Assembly (NCBI GenBank): GCA_963848295.1
Contig: CAWKDB010000010.1
Coordinates: 448,001 to 512,000 of the forward strand
Origin: an uncultured delta proteobacterium
GTDB lineage: Bacteria > Myxococcota_A > Polyangia > Haliangiales > Haliangiaceae
Direction of reading: 5' to 3'
Length of the DNA: 64,000 nt
Each line of letters begins with the position of its first letter. Within the stretch, counting starts at the first letter, position 1. The notes under the pieces were generated by a model. The model did no database searches and was not told the DNA's origin. It was given only the letters and a program-made list of their open reading frames with translations. Made by a program: the position numbers and the translations under genes. Positions 1 to 10,887 of the stretch are shown in pieces.

Positions 1-209
1 CCTGGGGCACGGGTGACTTGCCATTCGAGCTCAGCGAAGCCAATGCGATGATCGCGGGCACGCAACTCGACGGGACCGTCGTCGTCACCGCGCACTACGA
101 CCATGACGGCGACGCGCTGACGAAGACCAGCGGCGATCTGATCGGCCAGGCCACCGTCACCGTGCCCGACGATCACGTCGAGCTCGCGCTCACGACCGTC
201 GTCCCGTAA
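1..209 (+). CDS. 3' end of a protein with a CycH/CcmI C-terminal-like Ig domain (truncated by the window edge)
   Basis: The frame is open from the window start. LPFELSEANAMIAG...VVVTAHYDHDGDALTKTSGDLIG resembles the CcmI/CycH C-terminal pattern (F.L....AM, V.V.AR...G.A....GDL.G). Confidence 0.5.
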   Translation, partial: WGTGDLPFELSEANAMIAGTQLDGTVVVTAHYDHDGDALTKTSGDLIGQATVTVPDDHVELALTTVVP

Positions 210-357
210 CGCTCGTCGCGTCGGCGGGCGCTGACTCAGCACCGAATAGTTCCGGACACGTCGGTGTTCTGACGGCCGTGTCAGCGCGCGATAACGATCC
301 ATCATCTCGGCCGAGCCAACTGCTCGATCTCGTGTTCGCCGCCGCGCTGGAAGCGCA

Positions 358-373
358 TGGCGCGTCGCTTGCT
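358..373 (+). promoter_or_regulatory. sigma54 -24/-12 promoter
   Basis: TGGCGCG-TCGC-TTGCT with GG-N10-GC spacing; predicted +1 ~384, ATG at 386. Confidence 0.7.
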
Positions 374-385
374 CTACGGCGCTTC

Positions 386-1186
386 ATGGTCAACCACTTC
401 GCCGGTCTCGGTCTCGCGGCGACTCTACTCGTCGCGGCGGCGACCGGATGCGCGTCGCCATCAGAAGCCGGCAAGGCGTCGATCTCGGCCATCGGGGCCA
501 CGACGTGGTTTGCGCCCTTGCACTATCCGGTCGATGTGAGCTGGGTCCGAGAGTCGACCGACTGCTTGCCCGAAGGAACCTGTCTCGAGCTGGTGCCGTT
601 CAGGATCGACAGCCTCGACTGCACCGACTGCACGCTGTCGGTGGAGACCACCGACGACACCGGCGTGATCTACGTGCCCGCGCCGGGGCTGCCGGCCGAT
701 ACCGTCTACAGCGAGGACGCGCCGCTGTACGGCCAACCATCCGGCACGGGCCCGGCGGTGCTCACGGCCCACCTGACTTCAGTCGATGGCGTGTCGCAGA
801 CCGTCACCACGCAGGTCGCCGTCGATCACGTGATCGCGATCCATGCGACCTGCGAGCTCGACGACGGCTACGATGCCGGCCTCGGCGGTGAACGCTACGA
901 AGCGTGCGGGGCCACCCGCACCGCCGACCAGGGCATCCGCATCACGCCCACGTTCACCACCGCGAGCGGCGCGGTCCTCGATCTGACTGACCTCAGCGGG
1001 TCCAGCGACCCGCTACTGGCCGTGGCCTACAACGATCTGCCAGCGATCGCCCCCGAACCATCGAGCTGGACGGGCGCGAGCGCCTGGATCGATCCGACCA
1101 CCACCGCGCCCACGGTGACGGTGAGCTGGAACGTCGACGGCACTCAGCTGTCCGGCACCGTCGTGCTCCCGACGATCGCGATGTGA
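386..1186 (+). CDS. Hypothetical lipoprotein
   Basis: Signal peptide with lipobox (VAAATG-C); beta-rich, Cys-containing mature part; GC3-biased frame. Confidence 0.75.
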   Translation: MVNHFAGLGLAATLLVAAATGCASPSEAGKASISAIGATTWFAPLHYPVDVSWVRESTDCLPEGTCLELVPFRIDSLDCTDCTLSVETTDDTGVIYVPAPGLPADTVYSEDAPLYGQPSGTGPAVLTAHLTSVDGVSQTVTTQVAVDHVIAIHATCELDDGYDAGLGGERYEACGATRTADQGIRITPTFTTASGAVLDLTDLSGSSDPLLAVAYNDLPAIAPEPSSWTGASAWIDPTTTAPTVTVSWNVDGTQLSGTVVLPTIAM

Positions 1187-1204
1187 CCGCCGCGGCGGTT
1201 CAGG

Positions 1205-2893
<1,689 letters not shown>

Positions 2894-2988
2894 CTCATCG
2901 ACGTCGCGCAACACCGCGATCGAGCTCGCGGTCGTTTGATCATCACTCGCGCCGAACGGGCTGAGACGTCGCACGCCGTTCCCTCGCG

Positions 2989-3816
2989 TCACGGGGTGAC
3001 GATCCGGCCGGGAGCCGAGCTCGCGCCGTCTTGCGTGTGGCACCCATTGCAGTCGCCCGAGGTCTGGGCGCTGGCCATGACGCGCTCCTGCCCGCCGACG
3101 ACGACCTTCGCGTGAATCGGGAACGCCATCGTCGATCGCGAGTAGAAGTTGCCGGCGGAGTTGACCGTCAAGTTGTAGACCACAGCGTTCGCATCCGTGA
3201 TGACAACGGTTGCGTCGCCGGCGACGCCGTCGCACAGGTCGGGCTCGTGGCCGGTAGGATATACCGTGCCGGCCACGCCGAACCGAGGTGCCTCGCCACC
3301 GGACTGGTCGTGGCACGCGATGCATGCTTCGCCCGGATCCATCTGCGACGACCCATCGCCATGGCCGCTGTAGAACTTGCCGCTCGTGCAGGTCGGCGCG
3401 GCATTGAGCGGATCGGTCCCCGTCGTCGTCCCACACGTCCCCATCGGCGTGCCGGCGGTCACCCACGCCTGAAATGTCGCGATGTCCGCGGCGGATACCG
3501 AGGCTGAACCTGCCGGTGGCATCGGGCTCGATGTCGCGGTCATCCGCGTCAGCGCGCGCTGCGCATATGTGATGCCGGAGCTATTCGTGGCGATCAGGTC
3601 GTCATACGTGACCAAGGAGATCGGCGCCCCGCCGCTCGGCGGATCGCCGTGGCAGCCCAAACAATTGTTCGCGAGCACACTCGCGACGTCGCATGGCAGA
3701 TCGGTCTGGGCTCCTGTGTTTGTACCGCCCGACCCGATCCCGCCGGTCAACGGGACGTCGATCCCGCACGCGGTCAGTGCCGCAAGCCCGGCAACGCAAC
3801 CTAGAAAGTCTCGCAT
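2989..3816 (-). CDS. Triheme c-type cytochrome lipoprotein
   Basis: Lipobox LTA-C; CLGCH (with a downstream MPP), CIACH and CNGCH motifs. Confidence 0.82.
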   Translation of the reverse strand: MRDFLGCVAGLAALTACGIDVPLTGGIGSGGTNTGAQTDLPCDVASVLANNCLGCHGDPPSGGAPISLVTYDDLIATNSSGITYAQRALTRMTATSSPMPPAGSASVSAADIATFQAWVTAGTPMGTCGTTTGTDPLNAAPTCTSGKFYSGHGDGSSQMDPGEACIACHDQSGGEAPRFGVAGTVYPTGHEPDLCDGVAGDATVVITDANAVVYNLTVNSAGNFYSRSTMAFPIHAKVVVGGQERVMASAQTSGDCNGCHTQDGASSAPGRIVTP

Positions 3817-3829
3817 CACGGACGTGTTC

Positions 3830-3845
3830 AGCAAGCGACATGCCG
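3830..3845 (-). promoter_or_regulatory. sigma54 -24/-12 promoter
   Basis: CGGCATG-TCGC-TTGCT on the minus strand; predicted +1 ~3819, at GTG-ATG (3819/3816). Confidence 0.65.
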
Positions 3846-3947
3846 CGTGAACTCGTTGATCTGTCGTCGCTCTCGCGGCATATCCGTTGTGCGGGTCTCG
3901 CACAGTACGAGACGTGCACGAAGCAAAGTGGCGTAGACTACGCGCTG

Positions 3948-5567
3948 GTGTCCGAGGCCCAGCCACAGATCGGCTCGACCGCCAACACCTACGTCATCCT
4001 CGCGAAGTTGGCGACCGGCGGCATGGCGGAACTGTTCCTCGCGCGCAACGCGAGCGGCGCAGGCATCGAGCGCTATGTCGTCCTCAAGCGCGTGCTCGGT
4101 CATCGCGCAAACGATGCGAGCTTTGTCCAGATGTTCCTCGACGAGGCCCGCCTCGCTGCGCAGCTCCAGCACCCGAACATCGCGCAGGTCTACGACACCG
4201 GCGTGATCGGCGACTCGTACTTCTTCACGATGGAGTTCGTCCACGGCGAGACCGTGCGTCAGATCCTCCATCGCGGCTACGAACGCGAGCTCGAGCTACC
4301 GCTCGGCTGCGTGCTGACGATCGCCGCGCACACCGCGGCGGGCTTGCATCATGCGCACGAGCGAAGAGGGCTCGATGGCGAGCCGCTCGGCATCGTTCAT
4401 CGCGACGTCTCGCCGTCGAACTTGATGGTGACGTACGAGGGTCACGTCAAGGTCGTCGACTTCGGTGTCGCGAAGGCGACGGTGCGATCGTCGGAGACCG
4501 AGTCCGGAACGGTCAAGGGCAAGATCTCGTACATGTCGCCCGAGCAGTGTCGCGGGCGCGTGCTCGATCGCCGCAGCGACCTCTTCGCGCTCGGCATCGT
4601 GATGTGGGAGATGCTCGCCGGCGATCGCCTGTTCAAGCGCACGACCGACTACGAGAACATGGAGGCGATCGTCAAGGAGCAGGCGCCGTCGCTACTCCCT
4701 CGCCGGCCGGCGCTGCCCGCGGCCGTCGACGCCATCGTCCAGAAGCTGTTGTCGAAGGACCCGGCTGCGCGCTATCAGACCGCGGACGAGCTCGTCGAGG
4801 CGATCGAGTTCGCGGCCTCGGCTGCGAACGTCCAGCTGTCGACCGCGAGCCTCGGGCGGTTCATGCGCGAGCTGTTCGGGCAACGCCGGGAGCCCTGGCT
4901 CGATTTCACACCGCGCGATGCGACGACCGAGGCGGTGACGGTCACCGCCGCGCCGCTCGGTGGTGGCAACAATCTCAGCGATGCGCAGCTCGCGAGCGTG
5001 CCCGAGCTGCAAGCTTGGGCCCACGGTTCGGAATCGAGTGCGGTTGCACCGCGGGTACCGACGCGACCAGGCTCGGTGCCATCGCCGCGCGCCCATTCGG
5101 CGCCGAGAGCGCAGAGCGCAGCGACGGCGTCGCGCGTGGTTCCGCCGCCACGCACCGCTCGGCGAGTCGTCGGCGTGATCGCCCTCGCGGTCGGCATCGG
5201 CGCGATCGCTACCGCTTCGATCGCGCTGATCCGTCGTTCGACGGGCGGAGCTTCAGGCCGCACCGACGCGCGGACATCGGTCGTCGAGCAGACCGCAGCG
5301 TCATCGGGCAGTGCTACCGGCCGGGTGCAAGGCCCCAACGGCGACCCGCCGCTTGCTCACGCGATTCCGCTCGACGCGGGTGCACCGCCGGCCGACGCCG
5401 CTACGCCACTCGTCGACGCAGCACCGAGTCCGCCTCCGCACATCCACCCGCCGCATCATCCGGTGAGTCATCCGCCGGTCGGCGGACCGAAGTCACCGCA
5501 AGGCAAGCACCACGGCAGCAACGCACCCGACTGTGATGTCGATCCGCTGCGCTGTCGCGTGGAGTAG
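3948..5567 (+). CDS. Membrane Ser/Thr protein kinase (Hanks type)
   Basis: GGMAELFLA, VVLKR, HPNI, HRDVSPSN, DFG, YMSPEQ; TM helix VVGVIALAVGIGAIA; Pro-rich tail. Start is estimated. Confidence 0.93.
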   Translation: MSEAQPQIGSTANTYVILAKLATGGMAELFLARNASGAGIERYVVLKRVLGHRANDASFVQMFLDEARLAAQLQHPNIAQVYDTGVIGDSYFFTMEFVHGETVRQILHRGYERELELPLGCVLTIAAHTAAGLHHAHERRGLDGEPLGIVHRDVSPSNLMVTYEGHVKVVDFGVAKATVRSSETESGTVKGKISYMSPEQCRGRVLDRRSDLFALGIVMWEMLAGDRLFKRTTDYENMEAIVKEQAPSLLPRRPALPAAVDAIVQKLLSKDPAARYQTADELVEAIEFAASAANVQLSTASLGRFMRELFGQRREPWLDFTPRDATTEAVTVTAAPLGGGNNLSDAQLASVPELQAWAHGSESSAVAPRVPTRPGSVPSPRAHSAPRAQSAATASRVVPPPRTARRVVGVIALAVGIGAIATASIALIRRSTGGASGRTDARTSVVEQTAASSGSATGRVQGPNGDPPLAHAIPLDAGAPPADAATPLVDAAPSPPPHIHPPHHPVSHPPVGGPKSPQGKHHGSNAPDCDVDPLRCRVE

Positions 5568-5637
5568 CCCCGCCTCGACCCGAGTCTCGGCCGTCCTTGC
5601 CGCGCCGGACAGCCGAGCGATCGATCGGTCTCGCGGC

Positions 5638-6699
5638 TCAGCTCGGCGACGGCGAAATCGTTCCGGAACCGCTCTGGGTACCGAATACGTTGACGACGCC
5701 GACCCCGCCGCCCCCACCGCCCCCACCGGTTGTACCGGTGCCCGCCGAGCCCGGGCTGGCAGCGGTCGCGTCGTGACCACCGTCGCCACCGACACCGCCG
5801 TTGCCGGTCCCGCTGCCGCCAGAGCCGCCCTTCGATCCCGACATCCCATCTAGAGAATTGCCGGTCGTCGAGCCGCCCTGTCCGCCACCGCCGCCGTTCG
5901 CGATCACGGAGCCGTCGATCACAACGGTCGGCGCCTCGAGCCCGATCATGCCGCCGGTGCCACCGCCGCCGGCTCCGCTCGCTGCGGGCTCGGGTGCGCC
6001 GCCGCCGCCGCCCGAAGCGTCGATCACCCCGGCTTGGTCGACGGTGATCTGATCGACCGCGATGATGTAGACCGCGCCGCCGCCGTGACCCCGTGGTCCG
6101 GTGTCGCCCGTACCGCCGCCGTTGTGACCGGCGCACCCGCCGTGCAGCGTCGTCGCAGCGACGACCGCAGCGGCGGTCCCTTGGCTCGGACCGCCGCCGT
6201 CCCCCCCGACCGCGCCGAAGCTCCCGCCCGCACCACCACCCCCATTGCCCGCGGAGCCGCCGGACCCACAGCCGCTGTAATCGGCGCCTGGACCGGTCGC
6301 CGAATTAGAGCCCGAGCTGACATCGAGCGTGCCATCGATCATCACGCTGCCGGTAGCGACGAGCACCAACGGCTTCGAGCCGCTGAACTTTGCGATCGCA
6401 GCGCCGGCGACCTCGATCGTCTCGGCACCGACGACGCAGAGGCCATTCCCTCCCGAGGTGACATCGCCCGAGCACGGTGGCGAGCTATCGGTGTTCGGCG
6501 CTCCGCTGATCGACGTGACGCCGGTCGGCGCGGACGCGAAGCACACCATGACGAGATGCGCGCCGTAGCACGCTGCACCGCCGTCACCGTCGTGACCGTC
6601 GCCGATCGACGAATCGATCGCGCTAGCGCTGCCGATGCCGAAAACGTCTCGGCAACCGGCGAGCATTGCGATCATCATGATGACGCGACGAGATCCCAC
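5638..6699 (-). CDS. Glycine-rich lipoprotein
   Basis: Lipobox MLAG-C; repeated GGGGAGG/GGGGTGG blocks alternating with beta strands. Confidence 0.8.
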   Translation of the reverse strand: MGSRRVIMMIAMLAGCRDVFGIGSASAIDSSIGDGHDGDGGAACYGAHLVMVCFASAPTGVTSISGAPNTDSSPPCSGDVTSGGNGLCVVGAETIEVAGAAIAKFSGSKPLVLVATGSVMIDGTLDVSSGSNSATGPGADYSGCGSGGSAGNGGGGAGGSFGAVGGDGGGPSQGTAAAVVAATTLHGGCAGHNGGGTGDTGPRGHGGGAVYIIAVDQITVDQAGVIDASGGGGGAPEPAASGAGGGGTGGMIGLEAPTVVIDGSVIANGGGGGQGGSTTGNSLDGMSGSKGGSGGSGTGNGGVGGDGGHDATAASPGSAGTGTTGGGGGGGGVGVVNVFGTQSGSGTISPSPS

Positions 6700-6779
6700 G
6701 CAACCGATGATAGGCGTCGCTGCGCAACGCGGTCAACAACGGTTGCCCGCGTCGCTGAACTGCGCAACGATCGCGCACC

Positions 6780-7731
6780 GTGCTCGGCAGATTCCTTTCC
6801 GTCGGTATCGCATGCGTGCTGGTAACGCACGCTGCCGCGCAACCCGCACCGGAGCCGGCGCAAAGTGATGCCGAGCGCCTGTTCGACGAGGGTCGCCTCC
6901 TGGCGGAGCAAGGCAAGTACGCCGACGCGTGTGAGCGCTTTCAGCAGAGCTTCGATCTGAGATCACGCGACCGGCACCGAGCTCAACCTCGGCGACTGCC
7001 ACGAGCACCTCGGGCACTTCAAGCTCGCGGTCCAGCTGTTCACGACCGCCGGGGACGAGCTCGACCGCGCCGGCAAGGCGCCCCGCGCAAAGATCGCGCG
7101 CGAGCTCGCCGCCGCTGCCGCCGCGAAGCTCGCAACGGTGATCGTCAAGGTGCCGGCTCCCCATCCAGCCGGGCTCGAGATCACGATCGCCGGCAAGGTC
7201 GTGGCGGCGACACCGGACGCGCGCGATCGCGTCGATCCGGGCTCGGTCGAGATCGTCGCACGCGCACCCGGGCACGAGCCGTACACGACCACCACCGAGC
7301 CTCAGGCCGCTACGACGGTGGTCATCGAGCTGCCACCCTTCACCGACTCGAGCGGATCGGTCGCGCCGATCGCCGCCGTGACGGAGCGCAGACGCAGCCG
7401 TGTCCATCTCGCTTGGGGGTTCACCGCGGTCGCAGGCGCGAGCGCGATCGCGAGCCTCGTCTTCGGGATCGCAGGCCACGATCGCTGGACTTCCGCGGTG
7501 AATAGCTCCGACTGCCATCGCGTCGCCAGCGGTTGGTCATGCGATCCGGCCGGTCTCGACGCGATCACCGACGCGCACCAGCTCGCCGATGTCGGTACCG
7601 GGCTCGCGATCGGCGCGGGCGTCATCGGCGCCATCGCGGCGGCGCTGTACTTCACCGCCCCACGCGATGCCGTCATCACTCCGGTGGTGAGCGGGACCGG
7701 CGCCGGCGTCTTGCTCGACGTCCACTTCTAG
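6780..7731 (+). CDS. Secreted TPR + PEGA-like protein with C-terminal hydrophobic hairpin; one +1 frameshift at ~6960
   Basis: Signal peptide and TPR (AERLFDEGR...YADACERFQQSFDL); removing one base gives DHATGTELNLGDCHEHLG, which continues into ORF 7138..7731. Confidence 0.8.
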
Positions 7732-7752
7732 ACGGGCGGAAGACCGGCGTAA

Positions 7753-8274
7753 CTACGGCAGGTGGACGCGGCCCTGGCCCGCCGCGGTGTGGCAGCCGTT
7801 GCTGTTGCAGCCGCTCCCCGCCGCGATCGGCGCGGTCATCGTTTGCACCGACGGACAGTCGCTCGCGACGACGGTCACCGGGAACATCAGCGCGCTCGAC
7901 GTGTAGAAGTTACCGTTCAGCTGGCTTACGAGATCGAGCGTCTTGCCCGCAGCGTCGAGGACCGTGATCGTGCCGCCGGCGATAATGTTCGTGCCCGCGC
8001 TCGAGTCGTACAGCGTTCCGGAAAGCGTGAACCCGTGGTTGTGACAGCTGCCCATGCAGTCCTGCCCTGGGTTGTGATGGCCCGAGCCGAGTTGAGCCGC
8101 AGCGACGCCCTGCCGGCACATCGAGCCCGCGGCATCGCCCATTGGTGTCGCGGCATCGCCGGTTGCGCTGATCGATGCAGCATCAGGTGCGTTTGGCCCG
8201 CCGTTCCCCAGCCCATCGCCGCCGCCGATCGTTCCGGTACACGCACCGAGCATGACGAACCACATGAAGCGCAT
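7753..8274 (-). CDS. Lipoprotein with two atypical heme-like motifs; paralog of the C-terminal domain of 2989..3816
   Basis: Lipobox LGA-C; CMGSCH and CNSNGCH; shares GTxY, GNFY and FP motifs and the terminal GR(V/I)xxP with the triheme protein. Confidence 0.78.
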   Translation of the reverse strand: MRFMWFVMLGACTGTIGGGDGLGNGGPNAPDAASISATGDAATPMGDAAGSMCRQGVAAAQLGSGHHNPGQDCMGSCHNHGFTLSGTLYDSSAGTNIIAGGTITVLDAAGKTLDLVSQLNGNFYTSSALMFPVTVVASDCPSVQTMTAPIAAGSGCNSNGCHTAAGQGRVHLP

Positions 8275-8287
8275 GGGTCATTCATGT

Positions 8288-8303
8288 TGCAAGCAGAGGA
8301 CCG
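8288..8303 (-). promoter_or_regulatory. sigma54 -24/-12 promoter (weaker -24 box)
   Basis: CGGTCCT-CTGC-TTGCA; predicted +1 ~8277, ATG at 8274. Confidence 0.5.
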
Positions 8304-8387
8304 ACGCTAACCACGTGACCCGACAACGCATGCTGAGGTCGCATGTGCGATTCGAGCACAACCGCTGAACGCGGTTTGCGCTGCGCG

Positions 8388-9050
8388 CTACGGCGTCACG
8401 ATCGAGACGGTGATGTCCTTCTCGAGCGCGGTGCGAAAGGCAGGCATTTGCGGATCGGTCTCGCCGAGCGTGAGCGTGGCGTCGCCCGAGCAGCCGTTGC
8501 ACAGCGCGTCGAAGCTCACCGCGGTCAGGGCCTGGTCGAACGCGGCCAACACCGTCAGGTCGAGCGCGCCGCCGGCGTCGAGCGTCCCAAACGTCGGTAG
8601 CGTGACCTCGAGTTGCATGGAGCCGACAATCGTGTACGCATGGCTCACGGTGTCGACAGTCACGTGCCCGCCCAACGCGAACGCCATCGCTCCGTCGTCG
8701 CTCTCGAGCGACAGGGACAGCTGCGAGTACGTCCCCGGCGGTGCGTTAGGGAACGTGGTTTCCGGCGGTGCGGCCCAGTTCAAGTTGAAGTCGTCTGAAT
8801 GGGTGCGCGGGTCGTTCGGACCGGCGTCTCCGATCACGCGCAGATCATCGACGTGGAACGAGGCGGTCTCGACCGTGGGCCCATCGCCGCCGGTCGCTCC
8901 GATCGTCGGCGTCGCGGTCCAGCCTACCGAGATGCCCGCCCCGGTCGGCGGTGCGTCAGCCATCAGTGTCGCATCAGGTCCGCCCATGTCGGATGGGTGG
9001 CACCCGACGAGCAGACTAGCGACGGCAATGACGCGGGTGACCTCGTGCAT
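8388..9050 (-). CDS. Hypothetical lipoprotein
   Basis: Lipobox LVG-C; beta-rich mature domain. Confidence 0.75.
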   Translation of the reverse strand: MHEVTRVIAVASLLVGCHPSDMGGPDATLMADAPPTGAGISVGWTATPTIGATGGDGPTVETASFHVDDLRVIGDAGPNDPRTHSDDFNLNWAAPPETTFPNAPPGTYSQLSLSLESDDGAMAFALGGHVTVDTVSHAYTIVGSMQLEVTLPTFGTLDAGGALDLTVLAAFDQALTAVSFDALCNGCSGDATLTLGETDPQMPAFRTALEKDITVSIVTP

Positions 9051-9064
9051 CGACGCCTAACATT

Positions 9065-9080
9065 AGCAATGCCGGAGCCA
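9065..9080 (-). promoter_or_regulatory. sigma54 -24/-12 promoter
   Basis: TGGCTCC-GGCA-TTGCT; predicted +1 ~9054, ATG at 9050; divergent from the activator gene at 9163. Confidence 0.68.
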
Positions 9081-9162
9081 GCGCGTAACCCTCGGAATCG
9101 CGCGATTTTTGGTCGAGCAACGTGCGTGCGCGCCGAACACTGTGCACGATTCGTACTGACGC

Positions 9163-10887
9163 ATGGCAACTGACCCCGCGACGCAGGAGGCCGGCACCGT
9201 CGTCGGTGACGCCGACGGCCACGCGTTCCTCGTCATTCACTTCCCCGACGACGAGCGCGGATCGAAGCTGATCGCGCTCGCCGATCGGGTCGAGGTCACG
9301 TTCGGCCGTTCGCGTAGCGCCACGGTAAGTATCGAAAGCGAAAAGGTGTCGCGGATGCACGCCCGGGTTCGGCGGATCGACGACGCGATCACCATCGAGG
9401 ACCTCGGCTCGCGCAACGGCACCCGGGTCAATGGCGAAAAGATCGAGGGGCCGCGCCGACTCGAGAGCGGCGACGAGATTTCGCTCGGGCCGATCTTTGC
9501 GATCGTCGGCGTGACCACCGGGGTGCGCAGGCGCAGCACGATCGCCGACTCCGGCGATGGTGAACGCCGGCTGATCGCCGAGGTCGACCGCGCGGTGCGG
9601 TACCATCGGCCACTGACCATCGGGCTGATCCGGATCGGCAGCGACGCGATCATCGACGACATCGCGCGGTCGCTTCGACCGATGGATTTGATCGCAGAAG
9701 ACGCCGGTGACGACTACCTCGTCATCTTGCCGGAGCTCGGTCGCAATGAAGGCACGACCGCACTCGACCAGTTCGTCGACAAGGCGCGCGCTGCCGGCAT
9801 CACCGCGAAGGCGGCGGCCGCGTTATGCCCCGAAGACGGTACGACGGTCGAGATGCTGATCGGCCGTGTCCGCGCGAACCTTAGAGCCGGTCGCGCTCCG
9901 AGTGCCACTGCCGCGGCGAGCCCCGAGCCGCGCAAGACCGCTCCCATCGTAATCGACCCGGCGATGAAACGGATCTACTCGCTCGTCGAGAGAATCGCGG
10001 ACTCCGCGATGACAATGTTGATCCTAGGCGAGACCGGCGTCGGCAAGGAGCTCGTCGCTGCAGCGATTCACGAGCGTTCGAGCCGGCGGGATCGGCCGCT
10101 GATCAAGCTCAACTGTGCGGCGCTGCCCGAGACGTTGCTCGAGTCGGAGCTGTTCGGTCACGAGCGCGGTTCGTTCACCGGAGCCGAACGCCGCAAGATC
10201 GGCTTCTTCGAAGCGGCGCACGGCGGGACGCTGTTTCTCGACGAGATCGGCGAGATGCCGCTGACGCTGCAGGCGAAGTTGTTGCGCGTGCTCGAGCGCA
10301 AGGTCATTACACGAGTCGGCGGCACGACCGAGGTCGAGGCCGACGCACGACTGATCGCGGCGACCCATCGCGACCTCGACGCCGATGTTCGAGCCGGACG
10401 ATTCCGGCAAGATCTGTTGTTCCGCATCGGTGGGTTTACACTCGTCGTGCCACCGCTGCGCGATCGCCCGAGCGAGATCCTCGCGCTCGCCGAGCACGTC
10501 GCGCGAGTGACCGCGGCCGAGCAAGGCCGAACGATCCCAGCGATCTCCGACGAGGCCCGCGAAGCGCTCGAAGGTTACGCGTGGCCGGGCAACGTCCGCG
10601 AGCTCAAGAACGCGATCGAGCGCGCGCTCGTATTGTGCGCCGATCGGATCACGCTGGCCGATCTGCCCGAGAAATTGCACGATGTCGCGCAACGTACGCG
10701 CCCGCTGCCGCCGGCGGCCGGCATGCGAGGCCAGCTTGCTGAAGTCGAGCGCGCGGCGATCGTCGCGGCACTCGAAACCGAAGACCAGAATCAAACACGA
10801 GCGGCTCGTCGGCTCGGGTTGTCGCGGCGTGCACTGATCTACAAGATGGAGAAGTACGGGCTAAAGCCGCTGCCGGCGCGCGGCTAG
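9163..10887 (+). CDS. Sigma54-dependent enhancer-binding protein (FHA + degenerate GGDEF-like + AAA+ + Fis HTH)
   Basis: FHA motifs FGR...VSRMHA...SRNGT; GETGVGKE; GSFTGA; LFLDEIGE; WPGNVREL; NQTRAARRLGLSR. Confidence 0.93.
   Translation: MATDPATQEAGTVVGDADGHAFLVIHFPDDERGSKLIALADRVEVTFGRSRSATVSIESEKVSRMHARVRRIDDAITIEDLGSRNGTRVNGEKIEGPRRLESGDEISLGPIFAIVGVTTGVRRRSTIADSGDGERRLIAEVDRAVRYHRPLTIGLIRIGSDAIIDDIARSLRPMDLIAEDAGDDYLVILPELGRNEGTTALDQFVDKARAAGITAKAAAALCPEDGTTVEMLIGRVRANLRAGRAPSATAAASPEPRKTAPIVIDPAMKRIYSLVERIADSAMTMLILGETGVGKELVAAAIHERSSRRDRPLIKLNCAALPETLLESELFGHERGSFTGAERRKIGFFEAAHGGTLFLDEIGEMPLTLQAKLLRVLERKVITRVGGTTEVEADARLIAATHRDLDADVRAGRFRQDLLFRIGGFTLVVPPLRDRPSEILALAEHVARVTAAEQGRTIPAISDEAREALEGYAWPGNVRELKNAIERALVLCADRITLADLPEKLHDVAQRTRPLPPAAGMRGQLAEVERAAIVAALETEDQNQTRAARRLGLSRRALIYKMEKYGLKPLPARG

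Noticed and set aside
3875..3890. Plus-strand sigma54-like motif before the first kinase
   Set aside because: The -12 dinucleotide is GT rather than GC; a TAGACT -10 box nearer the start is a simpler explanation.
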